A DNA stretch of 64,000 bases. It comes from Selaginella moellendorffii. Lineage: Eukaryota > Plantae > Lycopodiophyta. A program made the position numbers and the translations under genes. The DNA is taken from contig NW_003314322.1 in assembly GCF_000143415.4 (NCBI RefSeq), positions 1,004,067 to 1,068,066 on the forward strand, in the 5' to 3' direction. Positions 36,863 to 50,160 of the stretch are shown here, piece by piece (position 1 is the stretch's first letter; the number at the start of each line of letters is the position of its first letter). The notes below the pieces were generated by a model. The model worked only from the letters and a program-made list of their open reading frames with translations. It was not told where the DNA came from and did not search any database.

Positions 36863-38995
36863 CACGCTTCTGCTACGCCACTCTGATTTCGCGCGTTCTA
36901 TGAACCATTTACACTTGGCTGACTAGGTACTTATCTACCTAGGGGAATATTCAAGGAACTCTGTTCCTTAGCTTGCTAAAGCCTCTCCTTTCGCAAGCTT
37001 TTCAATTGCCATATAGTCTAACATGGACAATCCCATGCTTTTAACTCTCCATGGCATCCCCGCCGCTAGTAACAACATACTTGAGCACCCACTTAATTCT
37101 CCACTCCCAACTTGCATAACCACCCTTGGTCATGCCTGTCAATTCCTATGGTTCGGTTCTATCCCTATACTACTTGCCTTTTGGCCTCATACATTTCCTT
37201 CGGTTATTCTCCTCTAGATTAAAAAGATAGCTTTGCACTTTCTACCATGCTTTGGCAAGTATTCATAAGGATGAACCTACCTGACAGCCTAGGGAGTGGT
37301 TCCTCAATCCGGGTTTACTCACCTTGTAATCCCACACCTTGGGATCACCGTTGTTACTTATGGGCATTTATATGCCCATCACTAATCTTGCCAAAATCCC
37401 TTTTTGGCTTTGTCCAATTTGGGTAGACGGACTTCCCCCGTCTTTACAACCTTGGACATTTGGATAGCACTTCCTATCCATCCTTCACTAGGGACTTTGT
37501 CCCTTGTCCCTTATCTGTGCCCTCACGGCACCAAACACCACCTCCTAGTGTTCTAGAGTGCTTCAGTGTCCCAATGATGGCTTCTTTGACAATGAGCATT
37601 CCCTTTACGACATTGACTTACTAAATCGCAACATAAGCAATTTCTCCCCTATAAGGGTATATCTAACTTCCTTATCCCAATAAAAAGTCTTAGGTAGTTG
37701 CCTTCTACCAGTTTAATGATTTATTTTGCACATTTTGCTTAGTTGCCTCATAGTTGTCAAGTCCTACAACTCATTGCTAGTGCTTCCACACCTCCATCAT
37801 TATCTGGGTCACCACACTCTAACCGCATGCCTTCCAGCATAGGCTATGCTATTCCCATTTCCATTGGGATTCCTTTGGACGGGGTTCTCATAAACCCGCT
37901 AACTTGACATCAAGGCAGCACGCTTTGGCACCTTCGGTGTCTCCACACCATGGGCTCCACGAGCTTACCTTTATGACACTTCTTACTTGTGTCTAGGTCT
38001 TTTTGCCAAGACTAATATGGTTGTCTCTTATGCTAATTATCCATTAGCACTACACCATAGAGTCCATGCACAACTTTGTGTCAAAGTTGTTTTCTTCCAG
38101 GAAACTCTTTCCCACGACTTTAGCATGGCACCTTCTACCATCAATGAGATACCTATTGTTCTCATACTTGGATCTTAAGATCCTCCCCATACCTTATAGG
38201 GCACCATACACCTCAGTCCAAATGCTTCAACCAATCCCTTAGGACCATTCCTTGACTTCACTTGAGTCATCCAGCATTTTAGACTTTGCTAATCCAACGA
38301 CCTGCGAGGTCTTGGTCTTCGAGGTGCCAATTAGCTGGAATACAACTTCTTGTATTCAGGTCCTGCTCACAAGGACCATCTTTGCAAGTGTTCCTCCAAC
38401 ACTTGATTTATTCTCTTGGGGCAACCTTTTGCCCCTTAGGACCACTTGTCCATGTGATGAGAATACCAACTCATCCTCTAAGTACACCCCCAACTCCTTG
38501 GATTGTTCCAGCATTTATTAGAGGTAGCCCCAGCTACCATTTCAAGGACTCGTGTCCTCATCCATACTTGACCTCTCACGATCATCCATTCCGGTCTCAC
38601 CTTCATGAGCACCAGCCTCAACTATGTGAGGATAATCTTGTGACTCCTTTATTGTTTTTGGAGTCTCTATCTTCCCCGTGATCTTAACTATAGTTGTTTA
38701 CCACAACTACATTAGCCCGTTTGCTGAGTCAAACGCTCATCTGGATCACCTCCTCAACTAAATGAGGAAAACCTTGCACTATTCCCAAGATCCCAAAGTC
38801 GTTCCATTATTAGCCCTTTTCTATCCACCACTTTGTCTACAAGTTCACACATGAACTATAATGGAGAGCTATGTCTTCCCGACCTGCTACTCCTCAAGGA
38901 TAGGCCCACTCCTTGGACCTTCTGTTGCCAACACTAATGGTGATATACTTGAGCACCAATAAAAGTCGGACTAAGGAACAACTCTGATACCAAAT

Positions 38996-41079
38996 TGTAT
39001 GCAACTAATTTTTCCATTCTACTTTAGTCACTTAACCACACCTCCGACCACTTGGAGGAGTTTCATTCACAACCTCCATAAGTCCCAGTTAGGACTTGGG
39101 GCTTGCTAGCCCCGAGAATGGCATCCATGCCACTCAACCTTTGCACTTGGTCTAAGTGCCCCACGTGTCCGATCCCATGATCGACACCCCAAGGTACCAC
39201 CGACATATCGGCCCGTTACGCTGAGGCCATACCTATTCACCTTGGTCACACCGGTGGTCCAACACCACCTACATTGCAATCCCGTCTCTCATAGACTAGG
39301 CCATCCATCGATGAGTGATCATCCTAAATCCACTCCTTAGCATCCTTAGGATGCTCGCAGACTTAGGGAATAACCTTCCCCAATATCTCTTTTCCGGTCC
39401 CCACCAAGTCCCTCTCTGTCGATGGCCGTGTTCACCAACACTGCCACTGGATCAAGGCCCGCAGGCCCGACCTCTAAGTCCAACTGTCCTCTGGGACTTC
39501 CTCACTAGGTGACCGTGTCCTTTGTCACCACACCCGAGGGCTACTCCTCTTTCTTTCCACAGTCTGGGACTTTGGGACAACATTTCGGAACACCGTGGCC
39601 TTACGCAAGCCTCATGGGTACTTTCCCCGCCTTTCACCTTTAGGTGCTCTAGCCATCGGCTTAGAGCGAGGTTCAGTTGAGCCACGACAGGTATCCAAGT
39701 AGTTAGTGCCACCCACACTTGGACTGGGAGCATCGGTCAGTCGATCTCCCGGGGGAACTAGAGCCGGCTCTTAAACACTTCACCAAACTACCCCGCTTGT
39801 CGGTTTGTATTCACTCTAGTCTTGGACTTCCCAGTGGGCAGCTCATCACCCAACACTGGGTCTGGCCTTCCTGGGCCAAACTGGCCTTTCCTGGCCAAAC
39901 TGGCTCCACTGCAGTCCTCCCCCTACTATACTTTTGGAGCTTACCAAACCCCCCAGGGTATGGGAGACGAACGCTTTGGGCTTTCACCCTCTCAGACTCG
40001 AACTCGGACTCGGACTCGGACTCGGACTCGGACTCGGACTCAGACTCGGGCTTGGTCTCGGCCTTGGCCTCGGTCTCGGTCTCCATCTCGGACTCCATCT
40101 CGGGTCCATCTCGAACTCCATCTCGGACTCCATCTCGGGTCCATCTCGGACTCCATCTCGGGTCCATCTCGGACTCCATCTCGGGTCCATCTCGGACTCC
40201 ATCTCGGACTCCATCTCGGGTCCATCTCAGACTCCATCTCGGGTCCATCTCGAACTCCATCTCAGACTCCATCTCGGGTCCATCTCGGACTCCATCTCGG
40301 GTCCATCTCGGACTCCATCTCGGGTCCATCTCGGACTCCATCTCGGGTCCATCTCGGACTCCATCTCGGACTCCATCTCGGGTCCATCTCGGACTCCATC
40401 TCAGACTCCATCTCGGGTCCGTCTCGGACTCCATCTCGGGTCCATCTCGAACTCCATCTCGGACTCCATCTCGGGTCCATCTCGGACTCCATCTCGGGTC
40501 CATCTCGGACTCCATCTCAGACTCCATCTCGGACTCCATCTTGGGTCCATCTCGGACTCCATCTCGGACTCCATCTCGGGTCCATCTCGGACTCCATCTC
40601 GGACTCCATCTCGGGTCCATCTCGAACTCCATCTCGGGTCCATCTCGGACTCCATCTCGGGTCCATCTCGAACTCCATCTCGGGTCCATCTCGGACTCCA
40701 TCTCGGTCCATCTCGGACTTCATCTCGGACTCCATCTCAGGTCCATCTCGAGTCCACTTCGGACTCCACCTCGGACTCCATCTCGGGGTCCTTCTCGGAC
40801 TCCACTTCGGACTCCAACTCGGGTCCATCTCAAACACTTCCACGTGTCATGTGTTAGTCCTTTTTGGGTCCCTTTTTGGGTCCCTTTTTGGAGCCTCGCT
40901 TATGGCTCGCTTCGTGCTCATTCCTCAAGCACTTTGTTAGGGGTTCCACTCCCGCTCTCGACCTTTCAAGGCGGAGCTTTTAGTCCAAACGTGTTACACT
41001 TGTTTGGCTTTCGCTTCGGCCACTACCACGTGGCGCCCCTCCGGCTCCACTTTGGGGCCTAGGGATTTTGTGTCTCACA
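38996..41079 (-). repeat. LTR-c with the longest satellite array (about 39994-40835)
   Basis: TGTATGCA...GTCTCACA on +; PBS (minus strand TGGTATCAGAG) 3 nt from its end. Confidence 0.9.
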
Positions 41080-43200
41080 CACGCTTCTGCTACGCCACTC
41101 TGATTTCGCGCGTTCTATGAACCATTTACACTTGGCTAACTAGGTACTTATCTACCTAAGGGAATATTCAAGGAACTCTGTTCCTTAGCTTGCTAAAGCC
41201 TCTCCTTTCGCAAGCTTTTCAATTGCCATATAGTCTAACATGGACAATCCCATGCTTTTAACTCTCCATGGCATCCCCGCCGCTAGTAACAACATACTTG
41301 AGCACCCACTTAATTCTCCACTCCCAACTTGCATAACCACCCTTGGTCATGCCTGTCAATTCCTATGGTTCAGTTCTATCCCTATACTACTTGCCTTTTG
41401 GCCTCATACATTTCCTTCGGTTATTCTCCTCCAGATTAAAAAGATAGCTTTGCACTTTCTACCATGATTTGGCAAGTATTCATAAGGATGAACCTACCTG
41501 ACAGCCTAGGGAGTGGTTCCTCAATCCGGGTTTGCTCACCTTGTAATCCCACACCTTGGGATCACCGTTGTTACTTATGGGCCTTTATATGCCCATCACT
41601 AACCTTGCCAAAATCCCTTTTTGGCTTTGTCCAATTTGGGTAGACGGACTTCCCCCGTCTCTACAACCTTAGACATTTGGATAGCACTTCCTATCCATCC
41701 TTCACTAGGGACTTTGTCCCTTGTCCCTTATCTGTGCCCTCACGGCACCAAACACCACCTCCTAGTGTTCTAGAGTGCTTCAGTGTCCCAATGATGGCTT
41801 CTTTGACAATGAGCATTTCCTTTACGACATTGACTTACTATATTGCAATATAAGCAATTTCTCCCCTATAAGGGTTTTCTAACTTCCTTATCCCAATAAA
41901 AAGTCTTAGGTAGTTGTTTTCTACCAGTTTAATGATTTATTTTGCACATTTTGCTTAGTTGCCTCATAGTTGTCAAGTCCTACAACTCATTGCTAGTGCT
42001 TCCACACCTCCATCATTATCTGGGTCACCACACTCTAACCGCATGCCTTCCAGCATAGGCTATGCTATTCCCATTTCCATTGGGATTCCTTTGGACGGGG
42101 TTCTCATAAACCCGCTAACTTGACATCAAGGCAGCACGCTTTGGCACATTCGGTGTCTCCACACCATCGGCTCCACGAGCTTACCTTTATGACACTTCTT
42201 ACTTGTGTCTAGGTCTTTTTGCCAAGACTAATATGGTTGTCTCTTATGCTAATTATCCATTAGCACTACACCATAGAGTCCATGCACAACTTTGTGTCAA
42301 AGTTGTTTTCTTCCAGGAAACTCTTTCCCACGACTTTAGCATGGCACCTTCTACCATCAATGAGATACCTATTGTTCTCATACTTGGATCTTAAGATCCT
42401 CCCCATACCTTATAAGGCACCATACACCTCAGTCCAAATGCTTCAACCAATCCTTTAGGACCATTCCTTGACTTCACTTGAGTCATCTAGCATTTTAGAC
42501 TTTGCTAATCCAACGACCTGCGAGGTCTTGGTCTTCGAGGTGCCAACTAGCTGGAATACAACTTCTTGTATTCAAGTCCTGCTCACAAGGACCATCTTTG
42601 CAAGTGTTCCTCCAACACTTGATTTATTCTCTTGGGGCAACCTTTTGCCCCTTAGGACCACTTGTCCATGTGATGAGAATACCAACTCATCCTCTAAGTA
42701 CACCCCCAACTCCTTGGATTGTTCCAGCATTTATTAGAGGTAGCCCCGGCTACCATTTCAAGGACTCGTGTCCTCATCCATACTTGACCTCTCACGGTCA
42801 TCCATTCCGGTCTCACCTTCATGAGCACCAGCCTCAACTATGTGAGGATAATCTTGTGACTCCTTTATTGTTTTTGGAGTCTCTATCTTCCCTGTGATCT
42901 TAACTATAGTTGTTTACCACAACTACATTAGCCAGTTTGCTGAGTCAAACGCTCATCTGGATCACCTCCTCAACTAAATGAGGAAAACCTTGCACTATTC
43001 CCAAGATCCCAAAGTCGTTCCATTATTGGCCCTTTTCTATCCACCACCTTGTCTACAAGTTCACACATGAACTATAATGGAGAGCCATGTCTTCTCGACC
43101 TGCTACTCCTCAAGGATAGGCCCACTCCTTGGACCTTCCGTTGCCAACACTAATGGTGATATACTTGAGCACCAATAAAAGTCGGACTAAGGAACAACTT

Positions 43201-45679
43201 TGTATGCAACTAATTTTTCCATTCTACTTTAGTCACTTAACCACACCTCCGACCACTTGGAGGAGTCTCATTCACAACCTCCATAAGTCCAATTCAGGAC
43301 TTGGGACTTGCTAGCCCCGAGAATGGCATCCATGCCACTCAACATTTTCACTTGGTCCAAGTGCTCCACGTGTCCGATCCCATGACCGACACTCAAAGGT
43401 ACCACCGATATGGCAGCTTGTTACGCTAAGGCCATGCCCAATCACCTTTGCCACACTGGTAGTCCAATACCACTTGCATCACAGTCTTGGCTCTCTAAGA
43501 CTAGGCAAACCATCCGTGAGTGGTCATCCCAGATCCACTCCTTAGCATCCTTAGGATGCCCACCGACAAGGGGAATAGCCTTCCCCAATATCCCTCTGTC
43601 AGTCCCCACTAAGTCCCTTTCTGCCTTTGGCCGTGTTTGCCAACACTGCCACTGGATCGAGGCCCACAGGCCCGACCACTAAGTCCCACGGTCCTCTGGG
43701 ACTTCCTCACCGTGTGACTGTATCCTTGGTCACTGCATTAGAGGCCTACTCCTCTTCCCTTTCACCGTTTGGGACTTTAGGACAACATTTTGGAACACCG
43801 TGGCTGTAAGCTCCTGAGTTTTGGACTTCCCGGGAGGTCACCCAGCCCAGTACTATTCAAACCCAAGGACGCTTAACCCCAAATATCCCAAGACCCTTAA
43901 CCGATTGGAAAAGGGGGTGCACTCTTGTTCATGGGCCCTTTCCCTCTATATTTGAACCCCAACGGATCGTCTCTCGAGTCGTTCCCTTTGGTTGCTTACA
44001 ATCCACCACGCTTCCCTGCAAGTTCACGCCCTCGTGAATGGAAGCTGAGAGCCGCAGCTCTCCCGAGAGCCTTGCTCTCTTGACACCCTACCCCAACGGA
44101 TCGTCTCTCGAGTCGTTCCCTTTGGTTGCTTACAATCCACCACGCTTCCCTGCAAGTTCACACCCTCGTGAATGGAAGCTGAGAGCCGCAGCTCTCCCGA
44201 GAGCCTTGCTCTCTTGACACCCTACCCCTCGGGTCGAGCCCAGCGGGAGCAAATTGGACCAGGCAGATGTCAATCAACATGTGGTGTGATTCCCTTAACC
44301 AACCAACAGAGTCGGACCCGAGACCGCTCCGATACCAAATGTAAGCTCCTGAGGTTGGACTTCCCGGGAGGTCACCCAGCCCAGTACTATTCACACCTAA
44401 GGACACTTAACCCCAAATATCCCAAGACCCTTAACCGATTGGAAAAGGGGGTGCACTCTTGTTCATGGGCCCTTTCCCTCTATATTTAAACCCAAATGGA
44501 TCGTCTCTCGAGTCATTCCCTTTGGTTGCTTACAGTGGCCTTACGCAAGCCTCATGGGTACTCTCCCCGCCTTTCGCCTTTAGGTGCTCTAGCCATGGGC
44601 TTAGAGCGAGGTTCCGTTGAGCCACGACAGGTATCCAAGTAGGTAGTGCCACCCACACTTGGACTGGGAGCATCGGCCAGTCAATCTCCCGAGGGAACTA
44701 GAGCTGGCTCTTAAACACTTCACCAAGCTACCCCGCTTGTCAGTCCATGTTCACTCTAGTCTTGGACTTCCCAATGGGCAGCTCATCACCCAACACTGGG
44801 TCCGGCCTTCCTGGGCCAAACTGGCCTTTCCTGGCCAAACTGGCTCCACTACAGTCCTCCCCCTTACTATACTTTTGGAGCTCACCAAACCCCCTAGGGT
44901 CTGGGAGACGAACGCTTTGGGCTTTCACCCTCTCAGACTCGAACTAGGACTCGGACTCGGACTCGAACTTGGACTCGGACTCAGACTCAGACTCGGACTC
45001 GGCCTTGGCCTCGGTCTCGGTCCCGATCTCGGTCTCAGTCTCGGTCTCGGTCCCGGTCTCGGTCTTGGTCTCGGTCTCGACTTCGGACTCCATCTCGGGT
45101 CCATCTCGGACTCCATCTCGGGTCCATCTCGGACTCCATCTCGGACTCCATTTCGGGTCCATCTCAGGTCCACCTCGGACTCCACCTTGGGTCCATCTCG
45201 GACTCCATCTCGGGTCCATCTCGGACTCCATCTCAGACTCCATTTCGGGTCCATCTCGGGTCCACCTCGGACTCCACCTCGGACTCCATCTCGGACTCCA
45301 TCTGGGGTCCATCTCGGACTCCATCTCGAGTCCACCTTGGACTCCACCTCGGACTCCATCTCGGGGTCTTTCTAGAACTCCACTTCGGACTCCAACTCGG
45401 GTCCATCTCAGACTCCATCTCAGGTCCGCCTCGGACTCCATCTCAGACACTTCCACGTGTCATGTGTTGGTCCTTTCGGGGCCCTTTTCAAAGCCTCGCT
45501 TATGGCTCGCTTCGTGCTCATTCCTCGAGCACTTTGTTGGAAGTTCCACTCCCGCTCTCGACCTTTCATGTCGGAGCTTTTAGTCCAAACGTGTTACGCT
45601 CGTTTGGCTTTCGCTTCAGCCACTACCACGTGGCGCCCTTCCAGCTCCACTTTGGGGCCTAGGGATTTTGTGTCTCACA
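43201..45679 (-). repeat. LTR-d (5' LTR), interrupted by a TRIM
   Basis: Matches LTR-a variant positions; ends at the TSD; insertion at 43805-44534. Confidence 0.9.
43805..44534 (-). mobile_element. Cassandra-like TRIM with a 5S rRNA-derived domain in both LTRs
   Basis: LTRs 43805-44000 and 44340-44534 (TGTAAGC...GCTTACA); TSD GTGGC; PBS 44326-44337; PPT-like tract 44001-44016; 5S A-box/IE/C-box similarity at 43823-43877 and 44357-44411; internal 134-bp tandem duplication. Confidence 0.92.
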
Positions 45680-46625
45680 TCTAAGGCCAATACAATTAAT
45701 TTTGCACTTTCTCCAAAAACTTTTGATATCTCTATAAGTTAAGTATATAGGGTTATCACGGAAGAAGTGTAACTATGAGTTAAAATAACACATTGATGCT
45801 ACCAAATGATACTTCAAATTGTCATTAAAGCTATTCTAAACTTTTAAACATTCATGTAAGCTCCTTAATTTAGATTCTTCAAAAAGTCATAGATCTAAGT
45901 ATTATTTGAACTCAAGAACATTTAACTTTCACTATCTCAAACTATTTACAAGGGGGTATATTTGTTTCTCACAAGCCTTTTCTTTCTCCATAAATCTCCT
46001 TTAAACTATTCCCTTTTTTGTTGTTTATAATAGACCATAAAGTTATAGTCATCACAGAGTTCATTATCATATAAAACATTCTACAACTAATACATTCATA
46101 GCTCATCCTTCTAAGCTACTTATTCATGGCTGTGCAATATATTCTCTACAAATAACCACTAATAATGTTGAGATAAAACATTCATAAAACCTATATTATA
46201 TTCTGGTACATGCAACCTTAAAGATTCTTAAGCGTAAGAAATATGCTTAAGAACCAATGTCAAAGTTCTATAATCCATCTTAAGTAATAAAGGTATATAT
46301 ATAGAATTTTAAAAATTCCTACATGACAACTAAATACTTCTTATTTTTAGTTGAGTAACTCTTCTTTGCATCATTAAGAGAATGACTAGCATAAATAAAA
46401 AGATACCTATCACACAGAAAGTGATCACCTTACAGAGCATACGGCTAACAACCTCCAGGAAGAAGTTGTGCAGGGAACAAGGGAGTTGATGGCCCAGGCA
46501 CAACACACCTACAAACTTCTCACAGATCTCACCACCACGGGCTCTGGCCCAACCAACTCCCCAATGGAAAATCTTGAAGCGGTCGTCCCACTGGTACAGG
46601 ATGGCAATAGATATAGAGGCACCAA

Positions 46626-46788
46626 GGAGGGGATACCAAAGCTAAATAGGATCCTTGAGAGCGATTCAAGGCTGCATGGGAATCAACAGGAAGTAGACAA
46701 AGCATTGGAGGGGATACCAGAGCCAAACAGGATCCTTGAGAGCGATTCAAGGCTGCATGGGAATTAACAGGAAGTAGACGAAGCATTA
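46626..46788 (+). repeat. Two tandem 81-bp repeats in a GC-richer island
   Basis: GGAGGGGATACC starts at 46626 and 46707; the unit translates as EGIPxxNRILESDSRLHGN. Confidence 0.75.
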
Positions 46789-49436
46789 GAGGCAATGAGG
46801 CATAACACCCAAGCTCAATAGTTTTGACCCAGATCTTGAATTGGGAGTTGCTTTGGAAGCTATAGTGATGTGAGCAACTTCTTATATTAATAGTTAGCAT
46901 TAATTGAAATTTATATTAGAAGCATCCATGCAAAAGATAAAGCCACTAAAGAACTTATGATAGTGCTGAATTAATGTAAAAGTCAAGATCTTTTTCATTT
47001 CCTCAAAAGCCCTTTGGCATTTCTAAAACCAAACAAATTTTATATTTTGCCAAAGAAAATTGTATAAGAGAGAAACAATCTAAGAAAATTATGATATAAA
47101 ATAAATTATAATTGATGTAGCTTTATAATATTTTGATGAGTTAGAAATAGTTTATATCTTTTGAAGATCTAAATACACTTTATCTCTAGCATAAAACCCA
47201 AGTACTTTAAAGAGTCCTTCCTAAATTTGTAATTAGGACATTTGAGATGTTTCTAAAGCCACTCAAACACTTGCTTAACCTGATCTATGCCATCATTCAT
47301 GTGGATCAGCAATTAATCTAAATAACACACATCTAAACTCTCTACAAACCATAAAACACATGATTTACCCAAATCAAATATTTCTTTCATACATTTTGTC
47401 ATTTTGTTCCTTTTCCTAATGAGATTGCTAGTGAAGGTCTATTTTGATAAAATGTGCATAATCTACACATACACATAGTAATTTAATAGGACCAAATAAC
47501 TTCAGAAACTAAGCTAAAACCTTCTTAACATTGCTCTCTTATTTCACTTGCATATTATTGTTGTTGACAAATCATGAAAAAACTATTATAAATCTCAAAC
47601 TCTATGAGATTGTAACACACTTTATTTTGCATTTTTTAATCCAATTTAAAAAGGGGTTTTGTTTTTCACATTTTAATCCAACTTGAAAAAGGGACAACTG
47701 TTTGATAAAAGAGCCTTTAATGGCTATTTTACCCCTATTTATCCCCCAAAAATTCAAGGATTTGTGATTACAATTTTCATAGCATCTTAATAATGGTTTG
47801 CAAAATTTACACTATGTGCTCTACTTTGATATTTGACATAATATGTTGCAATATGGCTTAACCTTAACACACAAAACCATACCCATACATATGCCACTAC
47901 ACATGTTTGTGCATGGAGGCATAATAATAACTATAATGGTTGTGATTGTGAATGGAGGCACAATAAATTCCAATGCTTGCTAGTTGCTCTTCTAACTATG
48001 GAGGAGGACCATCTTCACCCTATAACATCACACTTACAAGATAATCAAAGGATTTGAGGAAAGCTAAAGTAATTTAGGATTATTAAAGATCTATACTTAT
48101 ACAACTAATGTCTAGATTGTGTTGACTTGGCAATTAGTGTAGTTAATTTGGTTATTATTAAATCAGATTAATAATTTTTAATTATTAGATAATTAAAATA
48201 TTAGATCTAGAGGGGCATCAAACAAGTCATATTAAGTACTCTCCTTTTTTAGCATCCCTTTGACTCTGATATGTAGTAAAAGGTATCCTCTGTAAGAGCA
48301 TAATTGTAGTAACCTCTTTCAACATTTTAAATCGCAAGACAGGTTGTATTTTCCCTATTTAAAAGAATGTTATATGAAAATGGTTTATACTAATCCAAAG
48401 TTAGTGTTACAAATTGTATATAGATATAAAAATGAATTTTTTTAATTTGAAAATGATAAATGATAAAAATGAGATTTGTGTTTTTCCAATATTCCAACTA
48501 GTAGTTTATTGCATTTTGTATTTGTGTGATATGCTATAATAGTTTTACTTTATAGTTATATCATTGTTTACTTTTTGCTGATCCCCTGGTCTTGTGCCCA
48601 AATTCCACTTGGGACATCCAACAAGTGTTTTCTTGCTTGTGTGAGAGAGTATACATTCATTTTGTCCAACCAGGACTCCTGATGGAGCTTTTATCATTTT
48701 TGTGTTTTACACTTAAATGCAGGGACTTTCTTACTTGGCTTCTCCATCCCGTGGCAGTCTGAAATCACGGGCCATGGTGTGGTGGGATCTTGCTATTGTA
48801 AATTTCCTGCAGAATTCCTCCACCCCCGTCAGCTCGTGTTATCTATAAATCTATCCAAAGTTCCACTCACCCTCGTCAGCATGTGGTCATTTTCTTCTTT
48901 GTGAGTAGGTAATGAAGTTTGGCAAAGGGAAGGTAGAGATTGCTGCTTTTGCAGCTGTGGTTACTCTAAATCTTTCAATGCTCTCAATGAAGCCTCATAA
49001 AATATGGGTACAAGGGATCCACTTGATGATGAATCAACTTTCCAGTTCCAAGCAACGAATCAATTTAATTTTGTTTACAGTCCACTTGTACCCGCTTAGG
49101 AAGCACGGACATTCCAAGCACCAACCCAGCTTTGCTCTAGAATGCATTATTGCCAAGTTCGCTTTCTTGTCACGAGGCTTAAAAGTACAAATAATTGGAG
49201 TGATAACTAGGTTCAAATCCTATACGTGATTCGCCTGGCCAAGGATATCCGAGGAGACTTAATCGAGATTACATTAGATAGAATCAAATATTCAAGATAT
49301 ACTTGTCTCAAAAGTCTTGCGTTGCTTTAGAGGTGGCTTAAAGTTTGGTGATTTGTCGAGTATTTAAAGGCCTAGATGTCCCTCAGATTAATAACTCACA
49401 CTATCCAAGCAATATTAGAAGATTAAATCGAAGAAA

Positions 49437-50049
49437 ATGGCAAAATCAAGCATAGCATTCATTCTCCCACTTGCATGCCTCCTGCTTGCGAGTGCTGTTC
49501 ATGTTTCAGCTTTAGACAATGATGTTAGTGGAGACCTCTCTGGTATGGTATATAACCTGGTCTAAACTTTTGTTTGACTCTTTGTCCATGTAAATGTTTT
49601 TGCAAGGCACTATGAGATCTCTAAAGACGGTGCTTCCTACAAATGGAACTTCATCAAACATTGGTGTCCCATTGGATCTAGTTGACAAAGTACTTGGAAT
49701 TGTCACTCAAGTTATAGCTAGTTTAAAGGCCCTCGTCCTCAAAGTTCCCTTGCTATGTGTCATCCTTTATCCAGTGATTATCATCCTTGAGATCATTGTG
49801 ATCTACATCCCTGGTGGCTACCCTTGCCCGATTATCATTGGCGTCATCTGCAAGTATCTGGGCAATGCCATTCCTGTGTGGACTCCAATCAAGTTCATCA
49901 AAGTTGATCTAACGGTTATCTTGAGCCTCACTGCAACTATCAAGCTTCTGCAGAGTGTGATTATCCTTGTTACTCCAAACAGTTGCATTTTCCTTGTGCT
50001 GAGTGCAGTGGTTAGTATCCTTAAGTCGGTGCTTGCATTACTCTATTAA
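49437..50049 (+). CDS. Unknown secreted, highly hydrophobic protein (182 aa), copy 1
   Basis: Exons 49437-49542 and 49607-50049 (GT-AG, phase 1); signal peptide MAKSSIAFILPLACLLLASAVHVSA; TATTTAAA at 49361; AATAAA downstream. Confidence 0.8.
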
Positions 50050-50160
50050 GCTGTAATAGCAGACAAAATGCAAAATGTTTAGAATAAACAATCAAATAAA
50101 ACTATACTAATATTATTGATCATTGGAGTTATTTTAGAGTTGGATTTCAGGAATCTCACA

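Larger units (their letters stand above)
31613..45679 (-). mobile_element. 14-kb non-autonomous (LARD-like) retroelement with four LTRs
   Basis: TSD TCTAA at 31608-31612 and 45680-45684; TG...CA termini; PPT (minus strand GGGTGGTGGAGT) at 33381-33392; tRNA-iMet PBS at 38982-38992 and 34956-34967; no recognisable gag/pol ORF. Confidence 0.9.

Noticed and set aside
39994-40835. Regular short-repeat array suggesting CRISPR
   Set aside because: No unique spacers, no cas genes, eukaryotic context; it is a tandem satellite
36863-43200. Short ORFs (63-131 aa) repeated in the retroelement internal blocks
   Set aside because: They recur only because the DNA is duplicated; no gag/pol motifs, and stops differ between copies
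43823-44411. 5S rRNA genes
   Set aside because: Only about 55 nt of the internal promoter region is present, inside TRIM LTRs; the 5' half and terminator are absent
32336-45583. Many long ORFs with GL/SD/RT/GPSRTPSR repeats
   Set aside because: Translations of the stop-free LTR satellite in all six frames; frames and lengths differ between LTR copies
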